64,000 bases of DNA from an uncultured bacterium (GTDB lineage Bacteria > Verrucomicrobiota > Verrucomicrobiia > Verrucomicrobiales > DEV007), in NCBI GenBank assembly GCA_963977015.1, contig CAXBMO010000016.1, forward strand, positions 32,001-96,000. Reading direction: 5' to 3'. Numbering within the stretch: the first letter of the stretch is position 1; each line of letters starts with the position of its first letter. The notes beneath the pieces were generated by a model. That model saw nothing but the letters and a program-made list of their open reading frames with translations. It had not been told where the DNA came from and searched no databases. Both the position numbers and the translations under genes were made by a program. This document shows, piece after piece, positions 38,683-49,003 of the stretch.

Positions 38683-41409
38683 ATGCCACGTATCCTCGCC
38701 TTCTTTTCGCTTGCGCTCATCACGGCAAACGCGGCACCGGATTACCAGAAAGACATCGCTCCGTTGCTTCGCCAATACTGCGCGGGCTGTCACAATGACG
38801 AAGACCTGGAAGGTGATTTTTCGGTCGAGTTTTTCGCCGATGTTCAGGAAGGAATGAACCTTCGTCCCGGCAATCCGGAAAAGAGCGAACTGATCCGCCT
38901 GATGACCGGCCAGGCCAAGGAACCGATGCCGCCTGCCGACGAACCTCAGCCTACTGAAGCGGAGATCTCCGTCTTTCGGGAATGGATTTCCGCCGGCGCG
39001 AAAGGACCAACCGGCGATGCCGACCTGTCGATCCTCTCCAGTCTCGACGTCCCCAAAATCGCGGCTGCGCCAACTCAAACCGCAATCACGGCTGTCGCTC
39101 ACGCTCCCGATGGCTCAAGGGCGACGGCACGATATGGCAGGATCGAACTAACGGACGCGGCTGACTCCAAAAAGGAAACCCTTCGCGTGCTCGGGCCCCT
39201 TCCCGGCAAAGTGAACGCGCTGCATTTTTCCAAAAACGGAGCCCAACTCATCGCGGCATCCGGGATCACGGGATTGAACGGAATTGCCACCGTCTTCGAT
39301 GTGGAATCCGGAGAGCCCGTCCTTGAGATTGGCGATGGCTACCATCGTGACGTGCTCTATGACGCCGAGTTTTCGCCGGATGGAAAGCACATCGCCACAG
39401 CGGGCTACGACGCGAAAATCGCGATCTGGGATCGCGCGAGTGGGAACCGAATCCGGACGATCGAAGTCCACAACGGCGCGATTTTCGATCTCGCCTTCAG
39501 TCCCGACGGATCCGTTCTCGCCAGCGCGAGTGGCGATTCGACGGTCAAGATCTGGAAGGTCGATTCCGGGCTTCGGCTCGACACGCTCAACCAACCTCAA
39601 GGCGAGCAATTCAGTGTCGCGTTTACGCCCGACGGCAGGCACATCCTCGCCGGTGGCGCGGACAATCGCATCCGCATGTGGCGATTCATTTCGAAGACCA
39701 AACCGCAAATCAATCCGCTGATTCAGGCGCGATACGCCCACGAAGATGCGGTCGTGAACGTCGTGTTCTCGGCCGATGGCAAGAGCTTGATTTCCTCGGG
39801 TGACGATCGCGCTCTCAAGCAATGGAGCCTTCCCGGCCTTGAGCAAGTCCGAGCCTGGGAAAACCAGCCCGATGTGGCTGCCGCATTGAGTTGGGAAGCG
39901 GAAAAGCTCTTCGTCGCGAGAATGGATGGCTCGACCGCGACCCTTTCCCTAGCGGCTCCGAAAGGCCGGCGCGATTTGACGAGTGACTCCCCCGTGGTGC
40001 AACCTTCCAACACGGACCTTTCGCCGATCCTGCTCAGCGAGGTCGAGCCGAACAATGGACCGGCCGAAGCGATGTCCGCGCAGAGGCTGCCCGCCGAAAT
40101 CCGCGGCAAGATCGAGGCCGAAGGCGACTTCGATCATTTCTGGTTTCGCGCCAAACGCGGTGAACCCTGGGTCTTCGAGATCAACGCCGCGAGGACCAAG
40201 TCCAAGCTCGATTCCAAAGTTGAGATTCTGCATGCCGACGGCACCCCGGTTGAGCGGGTCAAACTCCAGGCAGTTCGCGATTCCTGGTTCACGTTCCGCG
40301 GGAAAGACTCCGATACGTCGAACGATTTCCGGGTTCACAACTGGCGCGAAATGGAGCTGAACGAATACCTCTACGCGAACGGCGAAGTGGTGAAGCTCTG
40401 GCTCTATCCCCGCGGCCCCGATTCCGGTTTCAAGGTCTATCCGGGCGTTGGGAAACGTCGCTCCTACTTTGGCACCACCGCGCTTTCCCATGCCCTTGGT
40501 CAGCCAACTGCGATTGTCGAACCGATTCCGCCCGGCACGGAGCCGGCGCCGAACGGCCTGCCGGTTTACACGATTTTCTACGAGAACGACGACGATTCCG
40601 AACGCCACCTCGGCACGGATTCCCGGCTCGATTTTGTGGCTCCGGCAACGGGCGACTACGTGGTTCGCGTGAGCGATGTGCGCGGATTCGGCGGCTCAGA
40701 TTTCTCTTACACGTTGAAGATTCGGCAGCCGAAGCCTGAATTCAACGTCGCGATCACGGACGTGAAGGATGTCGTCGTCAGCCCCGGCAGCGGCAGGGAG
40801 TTTAACCTCAAAGTGGATCGCCACGATGAGTTCATGGGCGAGATCCGGGTCGATATCTCCGGCCTTCCACCTGGATTTTCGGCGACCACTCCCATCATCA
40901 TCGAGGCGAACCAGCACCTGGCTTCCGGCGTTCTCTTCGCTGAAGCCGATGCGCCCGTTCCCTCCGCCGACCGGGCAAACCAGGCGAAGTTCATCGCAAC
41001 CGCCAATCTGGGCGGACGCAAGGTCACCCGCGAAGTCGGCACGTTTGGCACCATCAAACTGGGAGAACCGGCTCCCATCACGATCGAGATTCAGGCATCA
41101 AACGACGTCATTGAAATCCGCCCCGGCGAGACCGTGACCGCAAAAGTGGTCGCCAATCGTGGTGAATTCAAAGACCGCATCACCCTGGGGAAGGAAGATT
41201 CGGGCCGCAATTTCCTGCACGGTCTCTATGTCGACAACATCGGTTTGAGCGGGCTCATGCTGCCGGAGGGCGTTAGCGAGCGCACCTTTTTCATCACCGC
41301 CGCGCCCTGGGTTCAACCGAGCGAGCGGCTCGTTCATTTGCGCGCGGATCAGGGTGGGAAACAGGCCACCCGTCCGGTCCTACTCCGGGTTCTGGAGCCG
41401 AAGGAGTAA
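38683..41409 (+). CDS. Planctomycete cytochrome c + WD40 repeats + PPC-like domains
   Basis: CAGCH; several FSPDG...D..(I/V)(K/R)(I/M)W repeats; EVEPNN and DSRLDF.AP..GDY motifs. Confidence 0.88.
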   Translation: MPRILAFFSLALITANAAPDYQKDIAPLLRQYCAGCHNDEDLEGDFSVEFFADVQEGMNLRPGNPEKSELIRLMTGQAKEPMPPADEPQPTEAEISVFREWISAGAKGPTGDADLSILSSLDVPKIAAAPTQTAITAVAHAPDGSRATARYGRIELTDAADSKKETLRVLGPLPGKVNALHFSKNGAQLIAASGITGLNGIATVFDVESGEPVLEIGDGYHRDVLYDAEFSPDGKHIATAGYDAKIAIWDRASGNRIRTIEVHNGAIFDLAFSPDGSVLASASGDSTVKIWKVDSGLRLDTLNQPQGEQFSVAFTPDGRHILAGGADNRIRMWRFISKTKPQINPLIQARYAHEDAVVNVVFSADGKSLISSGDDRALKQWSLPGLEQVRAWENQPDVAAALSWEAEKLFVARMDGSTATLSLAAPKGRRDLTSDSPVVQPSNTDLSPILLSEVEPNNGPAEAMSAQRLPAEIRGKIEAEGDFDHFWFRAKRGEPWVFEINAARTKSKLDSKVEILHADGTPVERVKLQAVRDSWFTFRGKDSDTSNDFRVHNWREMELNEYLYANGEVVKLWLYPRGPDSGFKVYPGVGKRRSYFGTTALSHALGQPTAIVEPIPPGTEPAPNGLPVYTIFYENDDDSERHLGTDSRLDFVAPATGDYVVRVSDVRGFGGSDFSYTLKIRQPKPEFNVAITDVKDVVVSPGSGREFNLKVDRHDEFMGEIRVDISGLPPGFSATTPIIIEANQHLASGVLFAEADAPVPSADRANQAKFIATANLGGRKVTREVGTFGTIKLGEPAPITIEIQASNDVIEIRPGETVTAKVVANRGEFKDRITLGKEDSGRNFLHGLYVDNIGLSGLMLPEGVSERTFFITAAPWVQPSERLVHLRADQGGKQATRPVLLRVLEPKE

Positions 41410-41418
41410 TCCATCCAC

Positions 41419-41868
41419 CTACCGCGAAATCGTGCCACTGACGGTTCCGGCTTTGCCGCCGGGGCTCCACCAGCTTCCCACATACACATCGTTGTGAAAG
41501 AGCACCCGCGCGGACCAGGTTCCGCCGTCACCCGTTCGCGCGTCGTCGAGAATCACCACCGCGGTGTCGCCGGCAAATTTCACGACCACGGGAATCGGGT
41601 GCTCCAACACCTGTCCCTTGTGCTCCACCCGGGTCACGAGATGCCACTGATCTCCCTTTTGTTTCTCGGCACGCACGATGTGGTACGCGTCGTTGCGATC
41701 CTCACCCAAGCTTCCATCGCGGACCGGCGCCCAGGTTCCCTTCAACGTTGCATTTTCGAGCATGGCAACAAATGCAGACTCGGCAACGGCTGAATCTGTT
41801 TCGGCGAATAGCGGGCCGGCAAACAAAGCGGATCCAAGCAGGAAGAGGGAAGTGACCAGGGGTTTCAT
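41419..41868 (-). CDS. Secreted hypothetical protein
   Basis: Signal peptide from ATG 41868; beta-rich domain (VKFAGDTAVV, SARVLF). Confidence 0.72.
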   Translation of the reverse strand: MKPLVTSLFLLGSALFAGPLFAETDSAVAESAFVAMLENATLKGTWAPVRDGSLGEDRNDAYHIVRAEKQKGDQWHLVTRVEHKGQVLEHPIPVVVKFAGDTAVVILDDARTGDGGTWSARVLFHNDVYVGSWWSPGGKAGTVSGTISR

Positions 41869-41964
41869 GGAGTCCAATGAAGGATGACTATCGGCCGGGC
41901 GCCACCAGAAAGCTTTTCTAAAAAGGGATTGAAAACTCCGGCGAAAACGCGCCCAATCTCCATC

Positions 41965-42336
41965 GTGGCGACACTCTCCCCTCCCCAATTCAGATTCCAC
42001 CTTCGCATGGTCGCAGCATCCCTCGCCGTTCTACTGTTCGGAGGATGCGCGTCGCTGGATGAAGGTGGCTCCGGAGCCGTGCGCGCCCTGACAAATCCGC
42101 CCAACGTCACTCCCTACCCGTTCAACACCTGCGCTGTGGCGATGTCGCGTCCCCTCGATGCCGAAGGCAAGGTCATCCGTCGCGTCTATCAGGGCCAGGA
42201 AGTCCTCTTTTGCTGCGTCCCCTGTGTCCGCGCTTTCGACATCAATCCGGAACCGTTTATGCCGCGGATTCTGGCTGCGGTCGAGTCGCAACGTCAGGGG
42301 GAAGTGTCACCCTCTCAGGAATTCAATTCCCAATGA
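41965..42336 (+). CDS. Lipoprotein with YHS/TRASH-like metal-binding domain
   Basis: Lipobox LFGGC; C-x-V...YQGQEVLFCCVPCVRAF..NPE. Start uncertain (GTG 41965 or ATG 42007). Confidence 0.72.
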   Translation: MATLSPPQFRFHLRMVAASLAVLLFGGCASLDEGGSGAVRALTNPPNVTPYPFNTCAVAMSRPLDAEGKVIRRVYQGQEVLFCCVPCVRAFDINPEPFMPRILAAVESQRQGEVSPSQEFNSQ

Positions 42337-43562
42337 TCCAACACCCTTTTTCACGGTGGCTGCGTCTGTTCACGATCGCCACGTTTTTCACTGCAACCGC
42401 CATTGCGGAAGAATCGTCGGGCCGGTTTCATTTCGATGGGTCGATCTCGCAACCTGTCCTCGAAAACTACCTCTCCCGCGCCGTCACCCATGCCGGCCTT
42501 TGTGCCAGTAGCGCCGATCCCACCACTCGATATTTCAAGGACGACCTCCGAATGATTCTCGACCTCGGAGCCAAGTTCATCGGTCGTGCCGCTTTCGTCT
42601 GGGATTTGCCCAGAAACAACGAAACCCACTTTCAAGCCGCCGCCGATGCCGCGCGCGAGATTCACGAAGGTGATCCCGAGATCATCATCCAGGCGGCGAT
42701 CTTCGAGGTCGTGGAGAAAGGCGTCAATCGGATTGAAATTCCCGCCTGGGCTTTCACCGAGCTCGATCTGCCGATCGAGACCCGCAACTTCAGCTACGAC
42801 GCCATGCTCTTCGACCAGGGCCAGTTTCACAATCACTGGCGCGGCGGGGCCTCGGTCCCTGACATGAGCAAACTCGAAACCCGGCTTTGGTTCTATTACC
42901 GCGCGCGCCGCTACATCGATTGCGGGATTGAGGCGATCCACTTTGGACAAGTCCAGCTCATGGACAACGCCGATCCGTCACATCGGCACTGGATCGATCT
43001 GCTCACGAGAGTCCGCAACTACGCCAAAGAAAACGCCCGGCGCCACTACGTGGTTTGCGATGCCCACACCCACGGCATCTCAGAGCAGGAGCAACTGCTT
43101 TTCGACTTTCACTCCTACCCGATGCGGCTTCGTGAAGTGCCTGGCAAGCCGATGCAGGTTCGTCTCTCCGACCAAACCCGGGGCGATATCTTCGGACGCA
43201 GCCTGGGCGGCATCGCACCGAGCGGATGGAAGTGCGATTCCCTCCCCTACCTCGTCGAATTCGACAACTACGGATACAGTGGTCGGGGCGGTGAGAGCGT
43301 CGGCGGCATCTGGGTTTGGGGTTACGATGAGATGTCCTGGTTTGCCCACCAAACTCCGGAACATCGCGCTGAGTTTTTGCGTTATGCCAACGACTGGATC
43401 GCAAACCTGGATTCTCCCGGCTTTCTTCAAATGCCAACACGGCGCATTCTCGCCGCGCCGGTCGATCGACGACGGATGTATCACGCCAACCTCGCGAGCG
43501 ACACTTGTCCGGACGGCTTCGGCGATGAAGCGGTCATTCGTCAGATTTGGAACGCGCCCTAA
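42333..43562 (+). CDS. Secreted hypothetical protein, possible glycoside-hydrolase-like TIM barrel
   Basis: Signal peptide; GAKFIGR, AAIFE, IHFGQ, FDFH and LVEFDN; ATGA overlap with the upstream lipoprotein gene. Confidence 0.7.
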   Translation: MIQHPFSRWLRLFTIATFFTATAIAEESSGRFHFDGSISQPVLENYLSRAVTHAGLCASSADPTTRYFKDDLRMILDLGAKFIGRAAFVWDLPRNNETHFQAAADAAREIHEGDPEIIIQAAIFEVVEKGVNRIEIPAWAFTELDLPIETRNFSYDAMLFDQGQFHNHWRGGASVPDMSKLETRLWFYYRARRYIDCGIEAIHFGQVQLMDNADPSHRHWIDLLTRVRNYAKENARRHYVVCDAHTHGISEQEQLLFDFHSYPMRLREVPGKPMQVRLSDQTRGDIFGRSLGGIAPSGWKCDSLPYLVEFDNYGYSGRGGESVGGIWVWGYDEMSWFAHQTPEHRAEFLRYANDWIANLDSPGFLQMPTRRILAAPVDRRRMYHANLASDTCPDGFGDEAVIRQIWNAP

Positions 43563-43592
43563 CCCACCTCCTCTCCTTCCCAACCTTCCCTC

Positions 43593-45932
43593 ATGTCAGA
43601 AAAATCACCGTTTAAATTCCGCGGATTCCTCAGCTACAGCCGCCGGGACGCCAAGGAAGCCAAAAAGCTGCATCGCCGCCTCGAACGCTATCAGATTCCG
43701 AAAAGTCTTCGCTCGGTCGCGAAAAAGACGCTTGGAAGATTCTTTCGCGACAAGGAAGAGTTGGCCGCCTCCTCGGAACTGAAGGGCGAGCTCACCGAAA
43801 ACCTGGACGAATCCCAGTGGCTCATCGTGTGTTGCAGTCCCGAAGCTGCCGCCTCCAAATGGGTCAATGCCGAGATTGAGCACGTCATCCAAACCCGGGG
43901 ACGCGACGCCGTTCTCGCCGTCATTCTGGAAGGCGAACCGGAAGCCGTCTTCCCTCCCGCCTTGCAGGATCTTCCGCCGTTGGCTGCCGATTTTCGCCCG
44001 CAGGGAGACGGCCAGGACATCGGCTTTCTCAAACTCGTCGCCGGCATTCTCAATGTGGATCTCGGCGAACTCCGGGATCGGGAAGCAGCTGCGCAACGCC
44101 GCCGCGCCCGGCTGCGTTCGGCTCTCGTCACGCTCTTCGCCCTTCTCGCGATCGCCGCTTCCGTCAGCGCCTATCTTGCGATTCAACAACGCGATCGGGC
44201 CGAAAAGATGGCGCTGGAGGCGATCGACATCGGTGCGGGAGTTGTCGATAAGGCAGGCGATTTATCGCGCACCTATCAGGTTCCCACGGAGGCCGTCGAG
44301 GAAATGCTGACCTTCGCCGAGGAACGCTTCGAGCGTCTCTTTGCAGCGGGGGCGAAAGATCCGGAACTCGAACGGCGACGCGCCCAGTTGCTGCTCAGCT
44401 TCGCCTCGGTCGCGAAGCGAACCGGTGACGTGGCTGCGCAACGGCGTTATGCCGAGACCGCGATCGAACAGATGGCTTCCCTCGTCGAACGCGGCGAAGG
44501 CATTCCCGGCCACTACACTCAGGCGCTGATGACCGCGGGTCAGGCCGCGCTGGCCCAGGGCGACGAGACGACCGGCATGAAGCATTTGGAGGGCGCACTT
44601 TCCATCGCTCGCGCCAGCTACCACGATCGAGACGACACCGACCTCCACATTCGGCATCTCTATGGACGGGCACTCTACGAGATGGCGATGGCCAAGCTCG
44701 CGAATCAGGACGGCGCCGCCGCTCGACCCTTGCTCGAGGAAGCCGTACCGCTCTTCGAAGCGAACCGCAATGAAGCGCCGGACGACGAGATTCACGTCAC
44801 CAACCTGATCGTTTCGCTCGATCTTCTGGGTGGGGCGCAAGCTCTCGACCAGGATCGGGAAGCCGCGCTCGCCACTCTGGAACGCGCCATCGACCAGGGG
44901 CGAACCTGGGTTGAGATCCATCCCGGCAGTCTCACCGCGCGAACCACGCTCGCTACCTCGTTGACCAAACTGGCTCAGCTTCGACTGGATTCCGGCAACG
45001 CTCCCGGGGCCGTCTCCTCCTACCTTGAATCCATCGCCCTGACGCGTGAGCTCGCCGAGATCGACCCGGGGAACGCCGAATTGCAGAACAATCTTTCGCT
45101 TCGTCTCGTGCTTGGCGCTCAGGCGCTTCAAACCGTCGGGGATCTGGACCGGGCGGCTGAATTCACGAATGAAGGGATCGCGCTGACCAAGAATTCCATC
45201 GCCGCCGATCCCACCAACGTCGGGCTCAAGAACACCTACCTCTCCATGCTCGACGCCGGTTATGGCACCGCGTCGCAACGGAATGACGCACCGGGCATGC
45301 TCGCCATCGCCCGGGAACAAGCGGCGCTGCGTGGAGATTTGCGAACCCTTCTCGGGGATTCCACGGCACGCAAAACCGATCACGCCTATGCCCTGGAACG
45401 CGTCGGTGACGCCTCGGCCGCAAACCGCAACCTCGAAGGGATGCTCGAAGCCTATGGAGCCGCCGCCCCGTTGCGCCGCGAGCTCCTCGCTGAAGATCCC
45501 CAATCCATCGACGCCCGGACCGCACTCGCCGGAACGCTCCACGCGCTCGGCTTGAGCCACAAATTCGCCAAGCAAAGCGAAGCGGCCCTCGAAGCGCTCG
45601 GCCAGGCAGCGGAACTTCGCTCCGGCTTGGCCGAGCAGGATCCCGGCAACCGCGACATCGCCTTCGCCGCGTCCGACAGCTTTCAACAACTCGCCATCGT
45701 CCAAGCCGGGATCGACGGCGCCGCCAGCCTCGCGAGTCTGGAGTCTGCCGAAGCCCTGCTCGCCAAGCTGGTGGAGGCGCATCCGGACCACGCCGCCTAC
45801 CAGGAATCGCTCAAAAAGACGCGCGACATCCTGCAGATGATCCGCGAATCGCTCGCGCCCGTGCCGGAATCCGCCCTCTCGCCACCTGAGGAGACTTCCA
45901 ACCCTGAAGCGCCTGAAGATTCTCCCGAATAG
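43593..45932 (+). CDS. TIR domain - TM helix - TPR repeat protein
   Basis: FLSYSRRD, FFRD, LIVCCSP..AASKWVNAEI; a single TM helix follows the TIR domain, then Ala/Leu-rich TPR-like helices. Confidence 0.88.
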   Translation: MSEKSPFKFRGFLSYSRRDAKEAKKLHRRLERYQIPKSLRSVAKKTLGRFFRDKEELAASSELKGELTENLDESQWLIVCCSPEAAASKWVNAEIEHVIQTRGRDAVLAVILEGEPEAVFPPALQDLPPLAADFRPQGDGQDIGFLKLVAGILNVDLGELRDREAAAQRRRARLRSALVTLFALLAIAASVSAYLAIQQRDRAEKMALEAIDIGAGVVDKAGDLSRTYQVPTEAVEEMLTFAEERFERLFAAGAKDPELERRRAQLLLSFASVAKRTGDVAAQRRYAETAIEQMASLVERGEGIPGHYTQALMTAGQAALAQGDETTGMKHLEGALSIARASYHDRDDTDLHIRHLYGRALYEMAMAKLANQDGAAARPLLEEAVPLFEANRNEAPDDEIHVTNLIVSLDLLGGAQALDQDREAALATLERAIDQGRTWVEIHPGSLTARTTLATSLTKLAQLRLDSGNAPGAVSSYLESIALTRELAEIDPGNAELQNNLSLRLVLGAQALQTVGDLDRAAEFTNEGIALTKNSIAADPTNVGLKNTYLSMLDAGYGTASQRNDAPGMLAIAREQAALRGDLRTLLGDSTARKTDHAYALERVGDASAANRNLEGMLEAYGAAAPLRRELLAEDPQSIDARTALAGTLHALGLSHKFAKQSEAALEALGQAAELRSGLAEQDPGNRDIAFAASDSFQQLAIVQAGIDGAASLASLESAEALLAKLVEAHPDHAAYQESLKKTRDILQMIRESLAPVPESALSPPEETSNPEAPEDSPE

Positions 45933-46055
45933 GAGAAGCCCGTAGCGGAAGATGCCAAATCTTCCGATCACCCGCGCTACCATGCGATGTCGGAATTTTT
46001 GCAAATTCCGCTACGACCGGACCGAATCAACCCTTCACTCTCGCATCCGTTCTGC

Positions 46056-46451
46056 TCAGCCTCCCTTCTCCACCTCCTCCATCAAGATCCTGAGCGCACC
46101 GCCGGAGTGCCAGATTTCGATGACGAGGGCGGCGAGGGAGAGGGCCATGAGGAAGAGGGCGAGGCCGAAGTTGATCGTGGCGAGGATTTCGGCGTTGAGG
46201 AGGATGGAGATCATGGAGGTGACGCAGAGGAGGAGGCTGACGGCGCCGAGCCATTGCATCCAGCGGATCAGGCGCAGACGGAGACGCAGGTTGTCGATCT
46301 GGCGCTTGAGGTGCTCGCAGCCGCGGTCGATCCAGTCCTGGTGAAGCTGGCGGATGAGGGCGGCGAGGTGGAGAAAGCGGTTGGTGTAGGAGAGGAAGAG
46401 CAGGGAGATGGCGGGAAAGAGGAGCGCGGGAGTGGTGATGTCGATCTTCAC
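46056..46451 (-). CDS. DUF2721 membrane protein
   Basis: ITTPALLFPAISLLFLSYTNRFL and QI.NLR.RL.LIR.MQ; GTG start at 46451. Confidence 0.82.
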   Translation of the reverse strand: MKIDITTPALLFPAISLLFLSYTNRFLHLAALIRQLHQDWIDRGCEHLKRQIDNLRLRLRLIRWMQWLGAVSLLLCVTSMISILLNAEILATINFGLALFLMALSLAALVIEIWHSGGALRILMEEVEKGG

Positions 46452-46588
46452 GGTCGGAAGGTGGATTGGAAGGCAGGCGGTGTCCAGATTCACCTGTGTC
46501 ATGCTGGAGAGCGGACGGCCAAATTGAGATGGGGACGAGGGTGGAGCCAAGGGTGAAGTTGGGCTACCATGCGGCTTTTCCAACGTTT

Positions 46589-47584
46589 ATGAGTCTTCAC
46601 ATTCAGGTTCTCGGCAATCCCGGGCGCGACAACGCGCTTTGGGTCCGCTTGGATACCGGTCAACGCATCGTCAGCCTGCTCTTTGATTGCGGGCAGGGAG
46701 TGTTAACGCGGTTTGGTTCGTCGGAGGTGAAGGAGATCGATCACCTGTTGTTTTCCCACTTTCACATGGATCACATCTCGGGATTCGACGCGTTTTTTCG
46801 GGCGAATTTCAACCGGGAGACGAAGCCGATCGAGATCTGGGGACCGGCGCGAACGATCGAAATCATGCATCATCGGTTTCGAGGCTTCTGGTGGAATCTC
46901 CACGCGGATCAATCCGGGATCTGGGATGTAAACGAGGTGGTTCCCGGAAGGGTCGAACGAAGTCGATTCCGGACGGCTGAAGCGTTTGCCACCGCGGAGA
47001 AATCTCCCTCTCGCCCGATCACGGATGGAGTAATTCTGGATGATCCGGATTTTACGGTGAAAGCGATTCAAATGAAGCATCATGGCCCATCGCTCGGTTA
47101 CCTGGTTCGGGAGAAAACGCGGAGCAATATTGATCCCGAAAAACTTCTGAGCACGGGTCTCAAACCCGGCCCCTGGGTTCGGCAGCTAAAGGACGGGAGC
47201 GAGGAAATCGAGGTCGACGGAAAGATGTTGGACGCCGCAACACTCCGCGCTGATTTGTTGGTGGAGACGAAGGGAGAATCCGTGGCTTATCTGACGGACT
47301 TTCTGCTCGATGCGGAAACCCGGGCCCGGCTGGAAACCTGGCTGGCGGATTGCGAAACGGTCATTTGTGAGGCGCAGTATCATCACACGGATCTGGAGTT
47401 GGCGCTCCGCAATCATCATACGACGACCAAGCTGGTCGCTAAGTTGGCAAAGGCTTCCAAGGTTGAGAAGCTGATTTTGTTTCACCTTTCCCAGCGGTAT
47501 CGACCCTCGGAATGGTTGGCGATGCTGAAAGAGGCCCGGGCGATTTTTCCCAACACCTCGTTCCCCGCGCATTGGAAGCTATGA
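46589..47584 (+). CDS. Ribonuclease Z-like metallo-beta-lactamase fold protein
   Basis: LFDCG, SHFHMDH (HxHxDH), YLTD, CEA, NHH and LFHLSQRY. Confidence 0.85.
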   Translation: MSLHIQVLGNPGRDNALWVRLDTGQRIVSLLFDCGQGVLTRFGSSEVKEIDHLLFSHFHMDHISGFDAFFRANFNRETKPIEIWGPARTIEIMHHRFRGFWWNLHADQSGIWDVNEVVPGRVERSRFRTAEAFATAEKSPSRPITDGVILDDPDFTVKAIQMKHHGPSLGYLVREKTRSNIDPEKLLSTGLKPGPWVRQLKDGSEEIEVDGKMLDAATLRADLLVETKGESVAYLTDFLLDAETRARLETWLADCETVICEAQYHHTDLELALRNHHTTTKLVAKLAKASKVEKLILFHLSQRYRPSEWLAMLKEARAIFPNTSFPAHWKL

Positions 47585-48886
47585 GGCGGGTTTCGCCTGA
47601 TGGCGTTTCGCTACATAGTAAACGGCAAATCCGGCAACGAGAGTCAGCAGGCCCCAGAGTGTTTCGCCCGGGCGTTCCGACGCAAACTTGACGAGCATCA
47701 ATACGGTTGCCGCGAGAAAGATGATCGGCGTGACCGGGTATCCCCAGGTTTTATACGGCCGATCCGCTTCGGGACGGCGAACGCGCAGGACAAAGACGGC
47801 AAGCACGACAAGGAACGAAGAGACAAAAAGGAGCGCCTGTATATAATAGATGAGGCTTTCGAACGTGCTGGTAACAAGAAGAATCAGGACGATGGCTGAC
47901 TGAAGCAGAATGGCCCAACCTGGTGAACCGAAACGATTCTTGACCGAGAGAAAGCCGAACAGGCGATAGTCCTCGGCCATGACCTGGGTCACGCGCGGAC
48001 CGGCCCAGATCATGGAACTGATGGTTGAGACGAGACCAAAGCTGATGAGCAATCCCATGACCTTCCCGCCTTGCTCACCAAAGATATGCGTTGCGGCAAT
48101 GAGCCCCACTTCCTCCTGAAGCTTCATCTCCTCGACCGGCGTGACGTGGAGAAACGCCGCGTTGAGCATGATATATAAGAGCGTGACGACACCAGTCCCC
48201 ACGACCAACGCAAGCGGAACATTGCGCCCGGGATTGCGCACTTCGCCCGCGACATAGGCCGCCGCATTCCACCCGCTATAGGCATACATGACCCAGAACA
48301 AGGAAATGGCGAACGCAGGTTGAAAGATCAATTCCAAGTCTCCCGGTTGGGGAAGTAAACTGACACCCTGGCCTTTTCCAATCACGAAGGCGAAGAAGCT
48401 CAGCAGGAGAATGAGGAGAACCTTGCCACTGGTGAACGCAATCTGAAACTGGCTTGCCGTGCGGACCCCACGCAGGTGCACCAGCGTGACGAGAATCACG
48501 AGAATCGCGGCGTAGAGTTCTCCCCGACCGACACCGGTGATGGCGCCCATGTATTCTCCAAAGGCGAGGCCGGCGGCGGCGATCGGCGCGCCAAACCCGA
48601 CCGTGACCGAGATCCAACCGCTCAGGAATCCGAGCAGGGGATGATAGCCTTCGGAAAGGAGATGATATTCGCCACCGCTGCGGGGCATCATCGCCGCGAG
48701 TTCGCCGTAGCAGACGGCCCCGCAAAAGGAAAGCACACCACCAATGAGCCAGAGAAGGAGAATCGGAAAGCCGGATGGAATGTCGACCACTTGAAATCCC
48801 AGGCTGGTGAACACGCCAACGCCAACCATATTTGCAACGACGATCGCGATAGCGGTGAGGAGGGAGATTTTGGGCTCGGGGCTCAT
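47579..48886 (-). CDS. APC-family amino acid permease
   Basis: NMVGVGVF, ELAAMMPRSGGEY, YAYSGWN and RPYKTWGYP; about 12 TM helices. Confidence 0.92.
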   Translation of the reverse strand: MSPEPKISLLTAIAIVVANMVGVGVFTSLGFQVVDIPSGFPILLLWLIGGVLSFCGAVCYGELAAMMPRSGGEYHLLSEGYHPLLGFLSGWISVTVGFGAPIAAAGLAFGEYMGAITGVGRGELYAAILVILVTLVHLRGVRTASQFQIAFTSGKVLLILLLSFFAFVIGKGQGVSLLPQPGDLELIFQPAFAISLFWVMYAYSGWNAAAYVAGEVRNPGRNVPLALVVGTGVVTLLYIMLNAAFLHVTPVEEMKLQEEVGLIAATHIFGEQGGKVMGLLISFGLVSTISSMIWAGPRVTQVMAEDYRLFGFLSVKNRFGSPGWAILLQSAIVLILLVTSTFESLIYYIQALLFVSSFLVVLAVFVLRVRRPEADRPYKTWGYPVTPIIFLAATVLMLVKFASERPGETLWGLLTLVAGFAVYYVAKRHQAKPAS

Positions 48887-49003
48887 AGGCTTAGGAACGG
48901 CAGAATCTGAGACAATGCCATCATAAATCAGCCTAATTTTCGAAGGTTTTAGACCTTTCATAACTTTCAAAATCCGATTATCCTTCCGCTCACGAAACGA
49001 TCC

